Assembly (NCBI GenBank): GCA_937928765.1
Contig: CALFVX010000003.1
Location: forward strand, 128,081-192,080
Direction: 5' to 3'
Length of the DNA stretch: 64,000 nt
Source: an uncultured Endomicrobiia bacterium
Lineage (GTDB): Bacteria > Elusimicrobiota > Endomicrobiia > DTEH01
Part shown: positions 30,619-40,665 of the stretch, piece after piece
How positions within the stretch are numbered: the first letter of the stretch is position 1
How the letters are laid out: each line of letters starts with the position of its first letter
Translations under genes and position numbers: made by a program
Notes under the pieces: model-generated
Told to the model about the DNA's origin: nothing
Database searches by the model: none
Seen by the model: only the letters and a program-made list of their open reading frames with translations

Positions 30619-31545
30619 ATGGATAACAAAGAATTGACAACAATACCTGCAAGTGGAACTGTAAGCTCAAAAGTTGAACGAAAAGTGGAATTTATACAAC
30701 AAATAACTGATTTGCCACAAAGTTATGCAGATACAAAAATTTTTTTACTACCTAGAGATCCGTGGTGGTGTTTTGCTTATTGGGAAGTAGAAGAAAAGAC
30801 AATGCAGGAAATAAGAAATCTCTATGGAGAAAACTTACAGTATTTTATTCGTGTGTATGATGTTACAAACATTGATAATTTTGATGGTAATAATGCAAAC
30901 AAATATTTTGATATACACATAAATTTAGATGCAAAAAATTGGTATATTAATCTTCCTGAAACAAATCGTAGTTGGTGTGTAGATTTGGGTGTAAAGAATT
31001 CCAATGGAGAATTTGTTACTATTGTGAGATCAAATATTGTTATAATGCCTAGATTTGGAGTATCTCTTATTACAGATGCACAATGGGCTGTTTTACAGCG
31101 AGAATTTGAACGATTGCTTGAACTTTCTGGTGTTTCAATGATAGGCAAAGGATCTTTTGATATTGCAAAATTGATGAAAGAAAGATGGGAAGAAATAATG
31201 GCTATATCACAGCTACCAAAATTTATTAGTTCTGCTGCAGTTCCACATCAACAGTTTATAAGTTCTGGTTTTATATCATCTTTTGCAAAGAAAGAACAAG
31301 TTGAAAAAAAAGAATTTTATCTTAAAGCAGACACAGAACTTATTGTGTATGGTGAAACAATGCCTGACGCAAAGTTATATATAGGAGATAGAGAATTTAA
31401 ACTTACATCTGATGGAAAATTTTCTTTAAGGATGTATCTTTCAGATGGGGAAAAATTTATTCCTATTAAAGCAGTTTCCTCAGATGGAACTATGCAGAAA
31501 GAAATAATTTTTGTAGTTCAAAGAAAAACTGACTACAAAGAATAA
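30619..31545 (+). CDS. DUF4912-domain protein (unknown function; in other genomes found next to GH57 branching-enzyme genes)
   Basis: LLPRDPWWCFAYWEV motif region. Sits immediately upstream of the GH57 gene. Confidence 0.55.
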   Translation: MDNKELTTIPASGTVSSKVERKVEFIQQITDLPQSYADTKIFLLPRDPWWCFAYWEVEEKTMQEIRNLYGENLQYFIRVYDVTNIDNFDGNNANKYFDIHINLDAKNWYINLPETNRSWCVDLGVKNSNGEFVTIVRSNIVIMPRFGVSLITDAQWAVLQREFERLLELSGVSMIGKGSFDIAKLMKERWEEIMAISQLPKFISSAAVPHQQFISSGFISSFAKKEQVEKKEFYLKADTELIVYGETMPDAKLYIGDREFKLTSDGKFSLRMYLSDGEKFIPIKAVSSDGTMQKEIIFVVQRKTDYKE

Positions 31546-31646
31546 TTGTGCTAAAGTTAAAATCCTTATATTCTTTCCTTATAAATTTACAAATAGATTA
31601 AATTTTTGTCTAGAAATAAATATTTTCTTTTAGAAAGGAGTAGTTT

Positions 31647-33239
31647 ATGGTTGAAGGTTATTGGTGTCTTGTTTTACATAATCATTTACCTTTTGTTAAA
31701 CATCCAGAATATGAAGATTTTCTTGAAGAAGATTGGTTTTATGAAGCAATTACTGAAACATATATACCAATAATTTCTATTCTAGAAGGCTTGCTAAATG
31801 ATAATGTTGATTTTCGTATTACAATGTCTCTTACTCCACCTTTGTGCAATATGATGGAAGATAAACTTCTTCAGGATAGATATTATAAAAAACTTTCTAA
31901 ACTTATAGAACTTGCTGAAAAAGAAGTTTGGCGTCTTCAAGGTCAAGAACCGTTTTTTTCTACTGCAAAAATGTATGAATATAAATTCAAAAATGTAATG
32001 CAGGTATATGAAAGATATAATCGCAATCTGTTGAATGCTTATAAAAATTTATTAAATACAGCTAAAGTTGAAATTATTACTTGTAATGCAACACACGGAT
32101 TTTTGCCATTAATGAGTTCTGATAGAATTAGAAAAGCTCAAATAAAAACTGCTGTTAAAGATTATGAAATAAAATTTGGCAGAAAACCTAAAGGAATCTG
32201 GCTTGCAGAATGTGCGTATAGTTATGGTATAGATAAGATTTTGAAAGAATGTGGATTACAGTATTTTTTTGTTGAAGCACATGGAATTTTATATGGTGAG
32301 CCAAGACCAAAATACGGAGTTTTTGCACCTGTTTATACTCCAAATGGTGTAGCTGTCTTTGCTAGAGATATAGAGACAGCACATCAAGTATGGTCTGCTG
32401 ATGTTGGTTACCCTGGAGATCCTGACTACAGAGAATTTTATCGTGATGTAGGATATGATTTAGAATATGAATATATAAAGCCATATTTGCATATTGATGG
32501 AATAAGAAGAAATATTGGAATAAAATATTATCGTGTTACAGGAAGAGTTGGTCTTGATAAAAAAGAGCCTTATGTTCCACAATGGGCGCTAAATAAAGCT
32601 GCACAACATGCAGGAAATTTTATGTTTAACAGAGAACATCAAATAAGATATTTAAAAAATATTTTTGACAGAGAACCGATTGTTGTATCTATGTATGATG
32701 CGGAACTTTTTGGCCATTGGTGGTTCGAAGGACCAGATTTTATTAATTTTTTGTTTAGGAAAATTCATTATGACCAAAACATCTTTAAAGCAATACTTCC
32801 TACTGAGTATTTAGATAAATATCCTAAAAACCAAATATTACAACCAACATCTTCTTCTTGGGGAGATAAAGGATATTTTGAAGTATGGCTTAATGGTTGT
32901 AATGATTGGATCTATAAACATTTGCATAAATGTGAAGAATTAATGTGCCAAGCAGTAGATGTTTATCATCAGGATGTTTTATCTGGAGATGAGTTTAAAA
33001 AGAGGGTTCTTAATCAACTTACAAGAGAATTATTTCTAGCACAATCATCAGATTGGGCTTTTATTATGACTACCCAGACAATGGTTGAGTATGCTCATAG
33101 AAGAACTAAAGAACACATATCAAATTTTTTACGACTATTTTATCAATTGAAAGAAAACAGAGTTGATACAAATTTTTTGAGTTGGCTTGAATTTAAAAAT
33201 AGTATTTTTAAAGATATTGACTATACAGTATTTATATGA
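31647..33239 (+). CDS. glycoside hydrolase family 57 1,4-alpha-glucan branching enzyme
   Basis: N-terminal CLVLHNHLPF (GH57 HxHLP motif); 530 aa, the typical GH57 branching-enzyme size. Confidence 0.8.
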   Translation: MVEGYWCLVLHNHLPFVKHPEYEDFLEEDWFYEAITETYIPIISILEGLLNDNVDFRITMSLTPPLCNMMEDKLLQDRYYKKLSKLIELAEKEVWRLQGQEPFFSTAKMYEYKFKNVMQVYERYNRNLLNAYKNLLNTAKVEIITCNATHGFLPLMSSDRIRKAQIKTAVKDYEIKFGRKPKGIWLAECAYSYGIDKILKECGLQYFFVEAHGILYGEPRPKYGVFAPVYTPNGVAVFARDIETAHQVWSADVGYPGDPDYREFYRDVGYDLEYEYIKPYLHIDGIRRNIGIKYYRVTGRVGLDKKEPYVPQWALNKAAQHAGNFMFNREHQIRYLKNIFDREPIVVSMYDAELFGHWWFEGPDFINFLFRKIHYDQNIFKAILPTEYLDKYPKNQILQPTSSSWGDKGYFEVWLNGCNDWIYKHLHKCEELMCQAVDVYHQDVLSGDEFKKRVLNQLTRELFLAQSSDWAFIMTTQTMVEYAHRRTKEHISNFLRLFYQLKENRVDTNFLSWLEFKNSIFKDIDYTVFI

Positions 33240-33420
33240 TTGTTATTAAAAGGCTATACATTATAATTTTTTTAATTATTCTTTTAATTATAGCATTAAT
33301 TACTCAATTTTATAAAGAAGAGATACATCAATTGATTATAGTAATAAAAGGATTGTTGTAAGATCTTAAAAATAAAAATTAAACAAGTTTTAGTATTTTA
33401 TAAATTTTTTAAAATTTTTG

Positions 33421-33449
33421 TTGACAAATTAACATTTTGTGTATATAAT
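33421..33449 (+). promoter_or_regulatory. perfect-consensus sigma70 promoter (TTGACA-17 nt-TATAAT) upstream of the HIT-rpsU-nif3-dnaG-rpoD gene string
   Basis: TTGACA at 33421-33426, 17-nt spacer aattaacattttgtgta, TATAAT at 33444-33449; about 95 nt upstream of the 33544 start. Confidence 0.6.
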
Positions 33450-33543
33450 ATATATTTATATATCTTTTCATTATACAAGTTTTTTTAAATATTTTAAGAA
33501 ACAATCTTCCCATTAAAAAATTAAAATAATTTAGGATAAAACT

Positions 33544-33888
33544 ATGAATGAATGTATTTTTTGCAAAATTATAAATAAAGAGATAAAAAGTGAAATAGTA
33601 TATGAAGATGAAAAATTTGTTGTTTTTAAAGATATTAATCCAAAAGCACCAATCCATCTTTTGTTAGTTCCTAAACAACATATAAGTTCTATAAACGATA
33701 TAGATGAAAAAAACGAAAATTTTCTAGAAGGTGTTTTTAATGTGATTAAAAATGTTGCAAAAAGATTAGATTTTTTTGAAACCGGCTACAGAATAGTTTT
33801 AAACACAGGAAAAGATTCTGGCCAAGAGGTTTTACATATTCATTTTCATATTCTTGCAAAAAGGAAATTTTCCTGGCCTCCAGGATAA
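33544..33888 (+). CDS. HIT-family (histidine triad) nucleotide hydrolase
   Basis: CIFCKII N-terminus and the histidine triad HIHFHIL. Confidence 0.85.
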   Translation: MNECIFCKIINKEIKSEIVYEDEKFVVFKDINPKAPIHLLLVPKQHISSINDIDEKNENFLEGVFNVIKNVAKRLDFFETGYRIVLNTGKDSGQEVLHIHFHILAKRKFSWPPG

Positions 33889-33941
33889 TTTAAATTTGGT
33901 TAATTAATTTTTTGTAGAAGTGTAGAAAGGAGGTGAGTTAA

Positions 33942-34139
33942 ATGGTGGAAGTTAAAGTTCGTGAAGGAGAAAATTTGGAAAATGCTCTAAGAAGGTTTAA
34001 AAAAGAAGTTGAAAGAGAGGGTATATTAAAACTTGCACGAGAAAAAATGTATTACAAATCTCCGAGTGTTTTGAAAAAAGAAAAAAATGCTTATTTAAGA
34101 CGTAAATCTGAATTAAGAAAGAAAAGATTAAGCAAATAA
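33942..34139 (+). CDS. rpsU: 30S ribosomal protein S21
   Basis: MVEVKVREGENLENALRRFKK...RRKSELRKKR is the S21 signature. Confidence 0.9.
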   Translation: MVEVKVREGENLENALRRFKKEVEREGILKLAREKMYYKSPSVLKKEKNAYLRRKSELRKKRLSK

Positions 34140-34173
34140 ATCAATTTTAAAATATATAAGAGGTTAAAATAAG

Positions 34174-35136
34174 ATGAGATTAAAAGAATTTTACAACTTT
34201 ATAATTCAACATGGAATAAAAAATGATCCGCGAGGAGAACAAGAAGTTAAAGAATTGTTAAAAAAAGAAAAACAAAAATATGATAAACTATCAGATAAAG
34301 AAAAAAAACATTATGATGTAGAAAAACTTTCAAATCCATATAATGATACAAGAATCCTTTATGCAGAAGAAAATATTGAAATAAATAATATCCTTGTTGG
34401 TATAGATATGGAGATGGCAGAAATAATTTTGTGTTGGATATTGAATCAACAAGGAAAAAAGATAGATTTGGTTTTATCACACCATCCTGAAGGTAAAGGA
34501 TATAAGAACTTTTATGAAGTTATGGGCATGCAGGCAGACATATTAAACAAATTTGGTGTTCCTATAAACATAGCAGAAAGTATAATGGAACCAAGGATGA
34601 AAGAAGTCAATAGAAAGATGATGCCTTTGAACCATAACCGTTCTGTAGATATTGCTGAAGTTTTAAAGATACCGTTTATGTGTTGTCATACTCCAGCAGA
34701 TAATTGTGTTGCTACATATTTGCAAAGATTGTTTGATAAAAATAAACCTAAATATTTACAAGATATTGTAGATTTATTGTTGGAAATTCCTGAATATGAT
34801 TATGCAGCGGATCTCGGTAGTGGACCAAATATTCTTATAGGTAGTAAAGATAAAAAAGCAGGTAAAATTTTTGTTGATATGACTGGCGGAACAGAAGGTT
34901 CTACTGAGATGTTTGAAAAACTCGCAATAGCAGGAGTGAGCACTATTGTTGCTATGCATTTAAGTGAAGAACATTATAAAAATGCACAAAAGTATTATAT
35001 TAATGTTATAATTGCAGGACACATTGCATCTGATAACTTAGGATTAAATTTGATGTTGGATGCTGTAGAACAAAAGTTGGGTAAAATAAATACAATTTGT
35101 GTATCAGGATTTAGAAGGTTTAAACATAATAAATAA
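34174..35136 (+). CDS. Nif3-family dinuclear-metal-centre protein (GTP cyclohydrolase 1 type 2 homologue)
   Basis: DLVLSHHPEG (Nif3 HHP motif) and the C-terminal IIAGHIASD (AGHYxxE-type motif). Confidence 0.65.
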   Translation: MRLKEFYNFIIQHGIKNDPRGEQEVKELLKKEKQKYDKLSDKEKKHYDVEKLSNPYNDTRILYAEENIEINNILVGIDMEMAEIILCWILNQQGKKIDLVLSHHPEGKGYKNFYEVMGMQADILNKFGVPINIAESIMEPRMKEVNRKMMPLNHNRSVDIAEVLKIPFMCCHTPADNCVATYLQRLFDKNKPKYLQDIVDLLLEIPEYDYAADLGSGPNILIGSKDKKAGKIFVDMTGGTEGSTEMFEKLAIAGVSTIVAMHLSEEHYKNAQKYYINVIIAGHIASDNLGLNLMLDAVEQKLGKINTICVSGFRRFKHNK

Positions 35137-35152
35137 TTTAATATATTTTTTT

Positions 35153-37018
35153 ATGATAAAACAGGAAAGTATTAAGAAACTTAAAGAATCGATTGATATT
35201 TTAAGAATTGTTCAAGATTATTTACCAAATTTAAGACACAGTGGGAAAAATTATTTTGCATTATGTCCGTTTCATAGCGAAAAAACGCCATCATTTTCTG
35301 TTGCACCAGATAAAGGTATAATACACTGTTTTGGTTGTGGATATACTGCAGACATTATAAAATTTGTTCAAGATATTGAACACATAAGTTATCAAGAAGC
35401 GGTTGAAAAAATTGCTAGAAAATTTAATTTTGTTTTAGAATATGTTAATCCTGAACAACAAAAAATTTTAAAAGAGAAATATGATGAACAAAAAATTTTG
35501 TTAGATTTACTTACAAACCTTGCTGAAGTTTATCATAATATTTTGTTAAAAGAAAATGTTGCTTCTGAAGCAAGAAATTATCTTGTTTCAAGAGGGCTTA
35601 AAGTTGAAACAATTGAAAAATTTAAAATAGGATTTGCTCCTGAAGGAAATTTTATAGTAAATAATTATAAAAATATAAAAGAATTAAAATATTTTGATCT
35701 TTCAACATTTTATAAAGCAGGGGTTATAAATTTTAAATCACAAGAAAATCTGCAGAAAACAAATATATTAAATAAATATGAACATCCATATGATTACTTT
35801 AGAAATAGAATAATATTTCCAATATTTAACCTTTCTGGTAAAGTTGTAAGTTTTGGTGGAAGGATTGTAGGAATAAAAAAATCGTCAGAATATTTAGATG
35901 ATGTACCAACATACTTAAATGGTCCTCAGAGTGTTGTGTTTAACAAAAGTAGTGTTTTGTATGGATTATATCAAGTAAAAGATTATATTGTTAAAGAAAA
36001 AAAGATAATTTTTGTTGAAGGATATATGGATGTAATTGTTCTTTTTCAAGAAGGCATAAAGAATGTTGTTGCACCGTTAGGTACTGCATTGACAGAACAG
36101 CATATTAAAGTATGTAAAAGATTATTAGATATTTCAAACAGTGAAATATTTTTGATGTTTGATCCTGATGAAGCAGGTGTTGACGCAGTACTAAAAGCTT
36201 CAAATGTAATATTTGCAAATGGTGGATATCCGCAGGTTATAACTTTAGATGAAAATATAGACCCAGACGAATATATTTTAAAACATGGTGTAGAAAAGTT
36301 AAGAAATTTGATTTCTGAAAAGTCTTCAGTTGTAAAGTTTTTGGTAAGAAATTATTTAAGAAATAAAAAAATTAATAATGTTTTAAGTCTTTCTATAAAC
36401 GAAAAACTAAATTTGTTAAAAAAATTTTTATATATGGCAGAGAACATATCACAACCAATAATTAAATCAGAAGTTATAAAAGAAATTGCAGAAGAACTAA
36501 AAATTGATGAAAAAGTTGTTCGTAGTGAGCAATTAAAATTTTATAAAAAACAAACAACAAAAGATATACAAAGTATTTTAAAAAACAAGCCATATAGTTG
36601 TGAAGAAGAGTTGTTATGGATATGTGTTCATTATCCTGAAATAATAAATGAAATAGACAAAGAAATTTTTTCTCATAATAAAGAATGTTTTGAAATTTTT
36701 AAAAAATTAAAACAAAATTATTCTAACAGTATTAAAGATATTTCTTTGATTATAGAAGAACTAACTTCCTCATCAAAAGAGTTGCTTTTAAGAATTATAT
36801 ATGACGAGAAACAAATAACTACCTCTTTGGAAGAGAAAATTAAACTTTTATATGATGAAATATACAGGATTAAATATATGATAAGATATAAAGAATTAAA
36901 ACCTTTAATAAACGATATGTTGAACGAAAAAATAAGTTTTGATCCTTTAATATTTAATGAATTTAAACAAATATTAGAGATATTAAAACTTGGTAAAAAA
37001 AGTAAATTTCTTAATTAA
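35153..37018 (+). CDS. dnaG: DNA primase
   Basis: Zinc ribbon CPFHSEKTPSFSV...CFGCG and the TOPRIM motif FVEGYMDVI. Start trimmed to ATG 35153 to avoid overlapping the Nif3 gene (track ORF starts at 35099). Confidence 0.9.
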   Translation: MIKQESIKKLKESIDILRIVQDYLPNLRHSGKNYFALCPFHSEKTPSFSVAPDKGIIHCFGCGYTADIIKFVQDIEHISYQEAVEKIARKFNFVLEYVNPEQQKILKEKYDEQKILLDLLTNLAEVYHNILLKENVASEARNYLVSRGLKVETIEKFKIGFAPEGNFIVNNYKNIKELKYFDLSTFYKAGVINFKSQENLQKTNILNKYEHPYDYFRNRIIFPIFNLSGKVVSFGGRIVGIKKSSEYLDDVPTYLNGPQSVVFNKSSVLYGLYQVKDYIVKEKKIIFVEGYMDVIVLFQEGIKNVVAPLGTALTEQHIKVCKRLLDISNSEIFLMFDPDEAGVDAVLKASNVIFANGGYPQVITLDENIDPDEYILKHGVEKLRNLISEKSSVVKFLVRNYLRNKKINNVLSLSINEKLNLLKKFLYMAENISQPIIKSEVIKEIAEELKIDEKVVRSEQLKFYKKQTTKDIQSILKNKPYSCEEELLWICVHYPEIINEIDKEIFSHNKECFEIFKKLKQNYSNSIKDISLIIEELTSSSKELLLRIIYDEKQITTSLEEKIKLLYDEIYRIKYMIRYKELKPLINDMLNEKISFDPLIFNEFKQILEILKLGKKSKFLN

Positions 37019-37052
37019 CATAATTGTTTTTTCTAACAGGAGGTTATAAAAA

Positions 37053-38750
37053 GTGAACAAACAGCATATTGTTAAAAAATTGATAGAACAATCAAAAAAA
37101 TATGGATACTTAACATACGATGATTTAAATAAAACATTTAATGAACATGATATTGATAAAGAAGAAGTGGATAGTTTTATAGAATTATTAAATGAATTTG
37201 GAGTAAAAGTTATAGAATTAGAAAAGCAAAAAAGTTTATTTAAAGAAGAATCTATTTTTAGTGAAGATATCATTCAAGAAGAGCCGATTAGATTATTTCT
37301 AAATGAAATAAACAAAATAGAATCTATAGACAGAAAAATAGAGCTTAACATTGCAAAAAATATTCGTATGAACGAAGCCAAACTTCTTTTTATTGTGTTA
37401 AGCTCTCCAATTGCATTAAGAGAGATTAATAATTGGATATTATTGCTTAAGCGTAATGAAATGACACCTAAAGAATTAATGAAACGTGGAAGAAAATCAA
37501 AACGTTCTTTAAGAAAAATGCGAAGAAAACTTTCTACAATGGTTAAATCTGTCAATAAGTTGTGGAGGGAAATTAAGAAAATTCAAAAAAAACTTGATGA
37601 TTTAGATCTAAAAGAGAGATTGAAATATCAAAAGTTGATAGACAATCTAAAGTCAAAAGTTGTAGATAAAATTATTTCTTTAAATCTTAATAGTGAAAAA
37701 ATTAAAAGGTTAATAAAAAGAACACAAAATATTTTAGAAAAGTTTATTAAGTTTAACGATGAAGTTAAAAAATATGAAAGATTATTTTCAGTTGATTATG
37801 ATACATTTGTAAAGTTGTACAAAAAAGCCAAGAAAGGGAAAATTTCTTCTACAGAGTTTAAAAGTACCGTAGGATATAACATTTCTGCTGCAGAAACAAT
37901 GATAGAAAATTTTAGTCGTGTAATTGAAAAGCTTAGAGAATACGAGAAGGAATTTGAAATAAAGGCAGAAGAAGCTTTATTGCTTTATAATCAAATTAAT
38001 CAACTTGAAAATATAATTGAAGAAGATAAGATGAAATTGATAAAATCAAATTTAAATTTAGTTGTTACATTTGCAAAAAAATTTTCAGTGCTTACAGGTG
38101 TAGATGTTAATGATTTAATTCAAGAAGGTGCAACAGGTTTAGCTAAAGCAGTTGAAAAATTTGAGTGGAAAAAAGGATATAAATTTTCAACCTATGCTCA
38201 TTGGTGGATAAGACAAGCTATAAGCAGATATATGGCAGATTATACTAAAACTATTCGTCTTCCTGTCCATATAAGAGAACTTGTTTCAAAAATGATAAAA
38301 ATATATAAAAAATTTCAAAATAAATTCGAACGAGATATATCTATTGAAGATTATACAAAAATATTAAAAATATCTCCTAAAAAAATTATTGATACATTAA
38401 CAGTAATTATGGAACCAATATCTTCGTATACACCAAAAGGACAAGATGAAGAGACAACTTTACAAGATTTTATTCCTTCAACAGAAAAAGAGATTCCTTT
38501 AAATTCTCTTTTACAAAACTACAAAAGAGAAGTATTAGAAGAAGCAATGCAAATCTTAGATGAACGAGAACGAAAAATTTTAAAGTTAAGATATGGATTT
38601 GATGGTAAAGAGTATACATTGGAAGAGGTTGGAAATATGTTTAATATAACAAGAGAAAGAGTAAGACAAATAGAAGCAAAAGCTATTCGTAGGCTAAGAG
38701 ATCCACAAATCTTGGGAATGTTAAAAGAAGTATATCCTGTAAAGGATTAA
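37053..38750 (+). CDS. rpoD: RNA polymerase primary sigma factor (sigma-70)
   Basis: Region 2 (DLIQEGATGLAKAVEKFEWKKGYKFSTYAHWWIRQAI) and region 4.2 (TLEEVGNMFNITRERVRQIEAKAIRRLR). GTG start. Confidence 0.95.
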   Translation: MNKQHIVKKLIEQSKKYGYLTYDDLNKTFNEHDIDKEEVDSFIELLNEFGVKVIELEKQKSLFKEESIFSEDIIQEEPIRLFLNEINKIESIDRKIELNIAKNIRMNEAKLLFIVLSSPIALREINNWILLLKRNEMTPKELMKRGRKSKRSLRKMRRKLSTMVKSVNKLWREIKKIQKKLDDLDLKERLKYQKLIDNLKSKVVDKIISLNLNSEKIKRLIKRTQNILEKFIKFNDEVKKYERLFSVDYDTFVKLYKKAKKGKISSTEFKSTVGYNISAAETMIENFSRVIEKLREYEKEFEIKAEEALLLYNQINQLENIIEEDKMKLIKSNLNLVVTFAKKFSVLTGVDVNDLIQEGATGLAKAVEKFEWKKGYKFSTYAHWWIRQAISRYMADYTKTIRLPVHIRELVSKMIKIYKKFQNKFERDISIEDYTKILKISPKKIIDTLTVIMEPISSYTPKGQDEETTLQDFIPSTEKEIPLNSLLQNYKREVLEEAMQILDERERKILKLRYGFDGKEYTLEEVGNMFNITRERVRQIEAKAIRRLRDPQILGMLKEVYPVKD

Positions 38751-38909
38751 ATATTGAAAAAATTTAGTAAAATTTATATTGTATTTATATAGTGCTAATA
38801 AGGAAGTAATAGTGTTTTAATAATTCTTTTACTATTTAAAGAGGAAAGTGTAAGTTTGATTATATATAAAAGGTTAAAAGAACTTATTCTTTTAGGAGGA
38901 GAATATTAA

Positions 38910-39278
38910 ATGAGAACAAAAAGTGGTGCTTATACAAGGAAAAGAAAAAAAGATTATTTTAAATTAGCAAAAGGATATTATGCAAAACTTAGTTCTGCTT
39001 ATAGACAGGTTAAACAACAACTTCCAAGATCGTTAAAATTCCAATATCGTGATAGGAAAGATAAAAAAGGTGTGTTTAGAAGGCTATGGATTACTCGTAT
39101 CAATGCTGCAGTAAGAGAGTTAGGTTTAACTTATAGTAAATTTATTCATCTATTAAAGAGAGCAAATATAAAGCTAGACCGTAAGATTCTAGCATATATT
39201 GCTATAGAAGATCCTCAGACATTTAAATATATAGTTAAATATGTTAAAAAATTTAATGAAGATAGAAAGCCTATCTAG
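38910..39278 (+). CDS. rplT: 50S ribosomal protein L20
   Basis: LAKGYY...[34 protein letters not shown] is the L20 signature. Preceded by a roughly 160-nt leader. Confidence 0.9.
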   Translation: MRTKSGAYTRKRKKDYFKLAKGYYAKLSSAYRQVKQQLPRSLKFQYRDRKDKKGVFRRLWITRINAAVRELGLTYSKFIHLLKRANIKLDRKILAYIAIEDPQTFKYIVKYVKKFNEDRKPI

Positions 39279-39317
39279 CAGGATTTATCTTCTTAATTTA
39301 TCTTTCCTTAATTTATT

Positions 39318-40637
39318 ATGAAATTGTATTCATATAAAGTTATAATTTTATTTTTTATTATTTTAATTTTTTTAGGAACCTTACTTCTTATGCTGCCAAT
39401 TTCAACAAAAAATAATATATCTTTGATAGATAAAATTTTTACGGCATCATCTGCAGTTTGTGTTACAGGACTTACAAGCGTAGATATAAACACAAATTAT
39501 ACTTTTTTAGGGAAAATTTTTATTTTATTTTTGATACAAATTGGTGGGTTAGGATATATGTTGTTAGGAAGTATAATTATAATTTTATTTGGCAGAATGA
39601 ATCTTATACAAAAAAAAGTTATAGGTGAATCACTAAATGTTAATGATATTGCGGATATGAAGCAGATAAATGTTTTGATGAAAAATGTTATATTTTTTAC
39701 TTTTTTGTTTGAATTTTTTGGGTTTATAATTTTATTTTTAAAATTTTATGTTAAAGAAAATTTTGGGTTATTTAAAAGTTTGTGGTATGGATTTTTTCAT
39801 GCAGTTAGTGCTTTTTGTAATGCTGGGTTTAGTTTGTTTAGTAATAATTTTGAAAATTATTCTTCTGATTTAGTAATAAATTTAGTTTTACCTATATTAA
39901 TTATCTGTGGTGGTTTAGGATTTATAGTTTGGATGGATATTTTACAAAAATTTCGTCATAAAAAAGAGAATTTTTTACTTCATTCAAAAGTAGTTTTTCT
40001 TATGAGTATAATTTTAAGTTTTGGTGGAAGCATTTTAATTTTTTTATTAAATCAAAAGATTTTTAGTTTACAAAATTTACCTTTAAAGACACAGATTTTT
40101 GTTAGTTGGTTTCAATCAATAACATCAAGAACTGCAGGATTTAATACCTTTCCAATAAATCAAATGTCAACTTTAACAATTATACTTGTTATGTTTTTAA
40201 TGTTTATAGGAGGCTCACCAGGAGGCACTGCTGGGGGAATCAAAACAACTACTTTTTTTGTTATTATATCAAGTATTTATAATTATATAATAGGTGAAAA
40301 AGAAGTTTCTTTTTTTAAAAGAAGAATAAACATAACTATTGTATTAAAAAGTTTTTCAATATTTTTTATTTGCTTTTTCTTTATAATTTTAATATCATCA
40401 ATAATTTTTTTATTAAACAAATTTTCGTTTAAAGAATGTTTATTTGAAACAGTATCTGCTTTTGGTACGGTAGGATTATCTTTGGGTATAACACAATATG
40501 TTGATAATATTAGTAAAATTTTGTTAATAATAACTATGTTAGTAGGAAGAGTTGGGAGTTTAACTTTAGTTTCGCTCATATTGACTAAAGAACCAAAAGA
40601 AATAAAATATTTAGAAGAACAAATTGCAGTTGGTTAA
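39318..40637 (+). CDS. ktrB: TrkH/KtrB-family potassium-uptake membrane subunit
   Basis: 439 aa polytopic protein with repeated pore-loop glycine motifs (GLTSVD, GGLGF, GFNT, GGSPGGTAGGIKTTT, GLSLG). Confidence 0.85.
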   Translation: MKLYSYKVIILFFIILIFLGTLLLMLPISTKNNISLIDKIFTASSAVCVTGLTSVDINTNYTFLGKIFILFLIQIGGLGYMLLGSIIIILFGRMNLIQKKVIGESLNVNDIADMKQINVLMKNVIFFTFLFEFFGFIILFLKFYVKENFGLFKSLWYGFFHAVSAFCNAGFSLFSNNFENYSSDLVINLVLPILIICGGLGFIVWMDILQKFRHKKENFLLHSKVVFLMSIILSFGGSILIFLLNQKIFSLQNLPLKTQIFVSWFQSITSRTAGFNTFPINQMSTLTIILVMFLMFIGGSPGGTAGGIKTTTFFVIISSIYNYIIGEKEVSFFKRRINITIVLKSFSIFFICFFFIILISSIIFLLNKFSFKECLFETVSAFGTVGLSLGITQYVDNISKILLIITMLVGRVGSLTLVSLILTKEPKEIKYLEEQIAVG

Positions 40638-40665
40638 AATAAGATTTTTAAAAGAGGTGAAAAAT

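Noticed and set aside
33409-33657. An 82-aa minus-strand ORF overlapping the consensus promoter and the start of the HIT gene.
   Set aside because: It is read antisense through a promoter and the N-terminus of a convincing HIT gene, and its product is an F/I/Y/N-rich low-complexity peptide. Spurious.
39308-39493. A 61-aa minus-strand ORF overlapping the start of ktrB.
   Set aside because: It is antisense to a strongly supported TrkH/KtrB N-terminus, with no motifs. Spurious.
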